Origin: Bacillota bacterium
Lineage (GTDB): Bacteria > Bacillota > Clostridia > Christensenellales > SZUA-584
Direction: 5' to 3'
NCBI GenBank assembly: GCA_023428025.1
Contig: JAEYZN010000039.1
Coordinates: 9,439 to 73,438, forward strand
Length of the DNA: 64,000 nt
Shown: one piece after another, positions 63,530 to 64,000 of the stretch
Layout of the letters: the number at the start of each line of letters is the position of its first letter
Numbering within the stretch: position 1 is the stretch's first letter
The notes under the pieces: generated by a model
Database searches by the model: none
Told to the model about the DNA's origin: nothing
The model's input: only the letters and a program-made list of their open reading frames with translations
Made by a program: the position numbers and the translations under genes

Positions 63530-64000
63530 GCGTCTTCTCCTTTCAGGCCGGAGCCTTCCTCTTTGTATATCACTCTTAGAAGCCGATATCTCGATATAAT
63601 ACATACCAATGTGACGAGGATATATCGCATATCCCCATTGGACAGAAGCCGATTCAGACCATCGTTGGTTTTAAATCCGCTGATGATCTTTGTCAGTTCG
63701 GGCTGGGCTTTATCAATATGCCTTACAATCAATTATATGATAATTGACCCGCAACCTCAAGGGCATGATGGAAACATCGTCTATTTGTGATATCATCCGG
63801 CAAACCGCACATGGGGATGGTTAGGGTGATCCGCGAAATCATGAGACGTGATCCGGAAACGCCGCCGCGGCTCTGCACGCAGTTGCATGGCAACGCCATG
63901 TGGGTTACAACCGGATGGACAAAACAGCGTTCGTCCAGTGGTTATAAGACGGGATGATGCGGCCATAAAACACACTCTTTCACCAGCGCGTACATTTTCA

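Noticed and set aside
63605-64000. Possible regulator or small genes upstream of pirin (ORFs 63526-63732(-) and 63793-63975(-), plus a 48-aa plus-strand ORF).
   Set aside because: There are no RBSs or recognisable motifs and the compositions are implausible. The window ends here, so a gene entering from downstream cannot be judged.

Overview
64-kb chromosomal segment of a high-G+C, Gram-positive-anaerobe-like genome. The taxon is an inference from strong GGAGG-type ribosome-binding sites and a gene set typical of Clostridia (BlaI/BlaR1, DUF134, CD1871A plus NapH-like ferredoxin, EFR1 ferredoxin, HelD, YmaF, DUF1385, orphan PAS histidine kinase). There are about 70 credible protein-coding genes on both strands, organised as short regulator/transporter/redox modules rather than long operons. 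The main modules are: interrupted TetR + flavodoxin-like reductase + acyltransferase; MerR + ABC-2 exporter; BlaI + BlaR1-like sensor protease + paralogous lipoprotein; D-2-hydroxyacid dehydrogenase; GltD-like oxidoreductase; HDOD protein; WYL regulator + SDR + SnoaL-like + Dabb; DUF134 regulator + methyltransferase; DEAD-box helicase; DeoC-like aldolase; guanidine-I riboswitch + SugE/Gdx exporter; MFS; Mrr; HelD; TlpA + CD1871A + 4Fe-4S membrane protein; SatP; ThpR; TrkAH; PadR + DUF2812; membrane-anchored MutS-like ATPase; pirin. I found no rRNA, tRNA, CRISPR array, transposase, integrase or intact prophage. I do not see a clear multi-gene novel system. The ORF track does not explain the following: (1) a ykkC/guanidine-I riboswitch; (2) several sub-60-aa genes (CD1871A-type CXXC protein, a zinc-ribbon peptide, small membrane peptides, an N/Q/K-rich peptide); (3) promoter-operator palindromes upstream of most regulators; (4) a segmental duplication that turns the sensor end of the BlaR1-like gene into a free lipoprotein gene; (5) at least seven inactivated or truncated genes (Fic toxin stub, TetR with in-frame TAA, SdpI frameshift, AraC stub, phage head-closure stub, XRE stub, GyrI-like with in-frame TAG); (6) several visibly low-G+C islets (Mrr, cyclase, XRE islet, prophage scar). 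The most unusual candidates are the BlaR1/lipoprotein mosaic pair, an orphan encapsulated-ferritin-like gene, the decayed Fic/VbhA cassette, and an uncharacterised translationally coupled gene pair behind an AT-rich leader opposite thpR. All family assignments rest on motif recognition by eye and need profile or BLAST confirmation.
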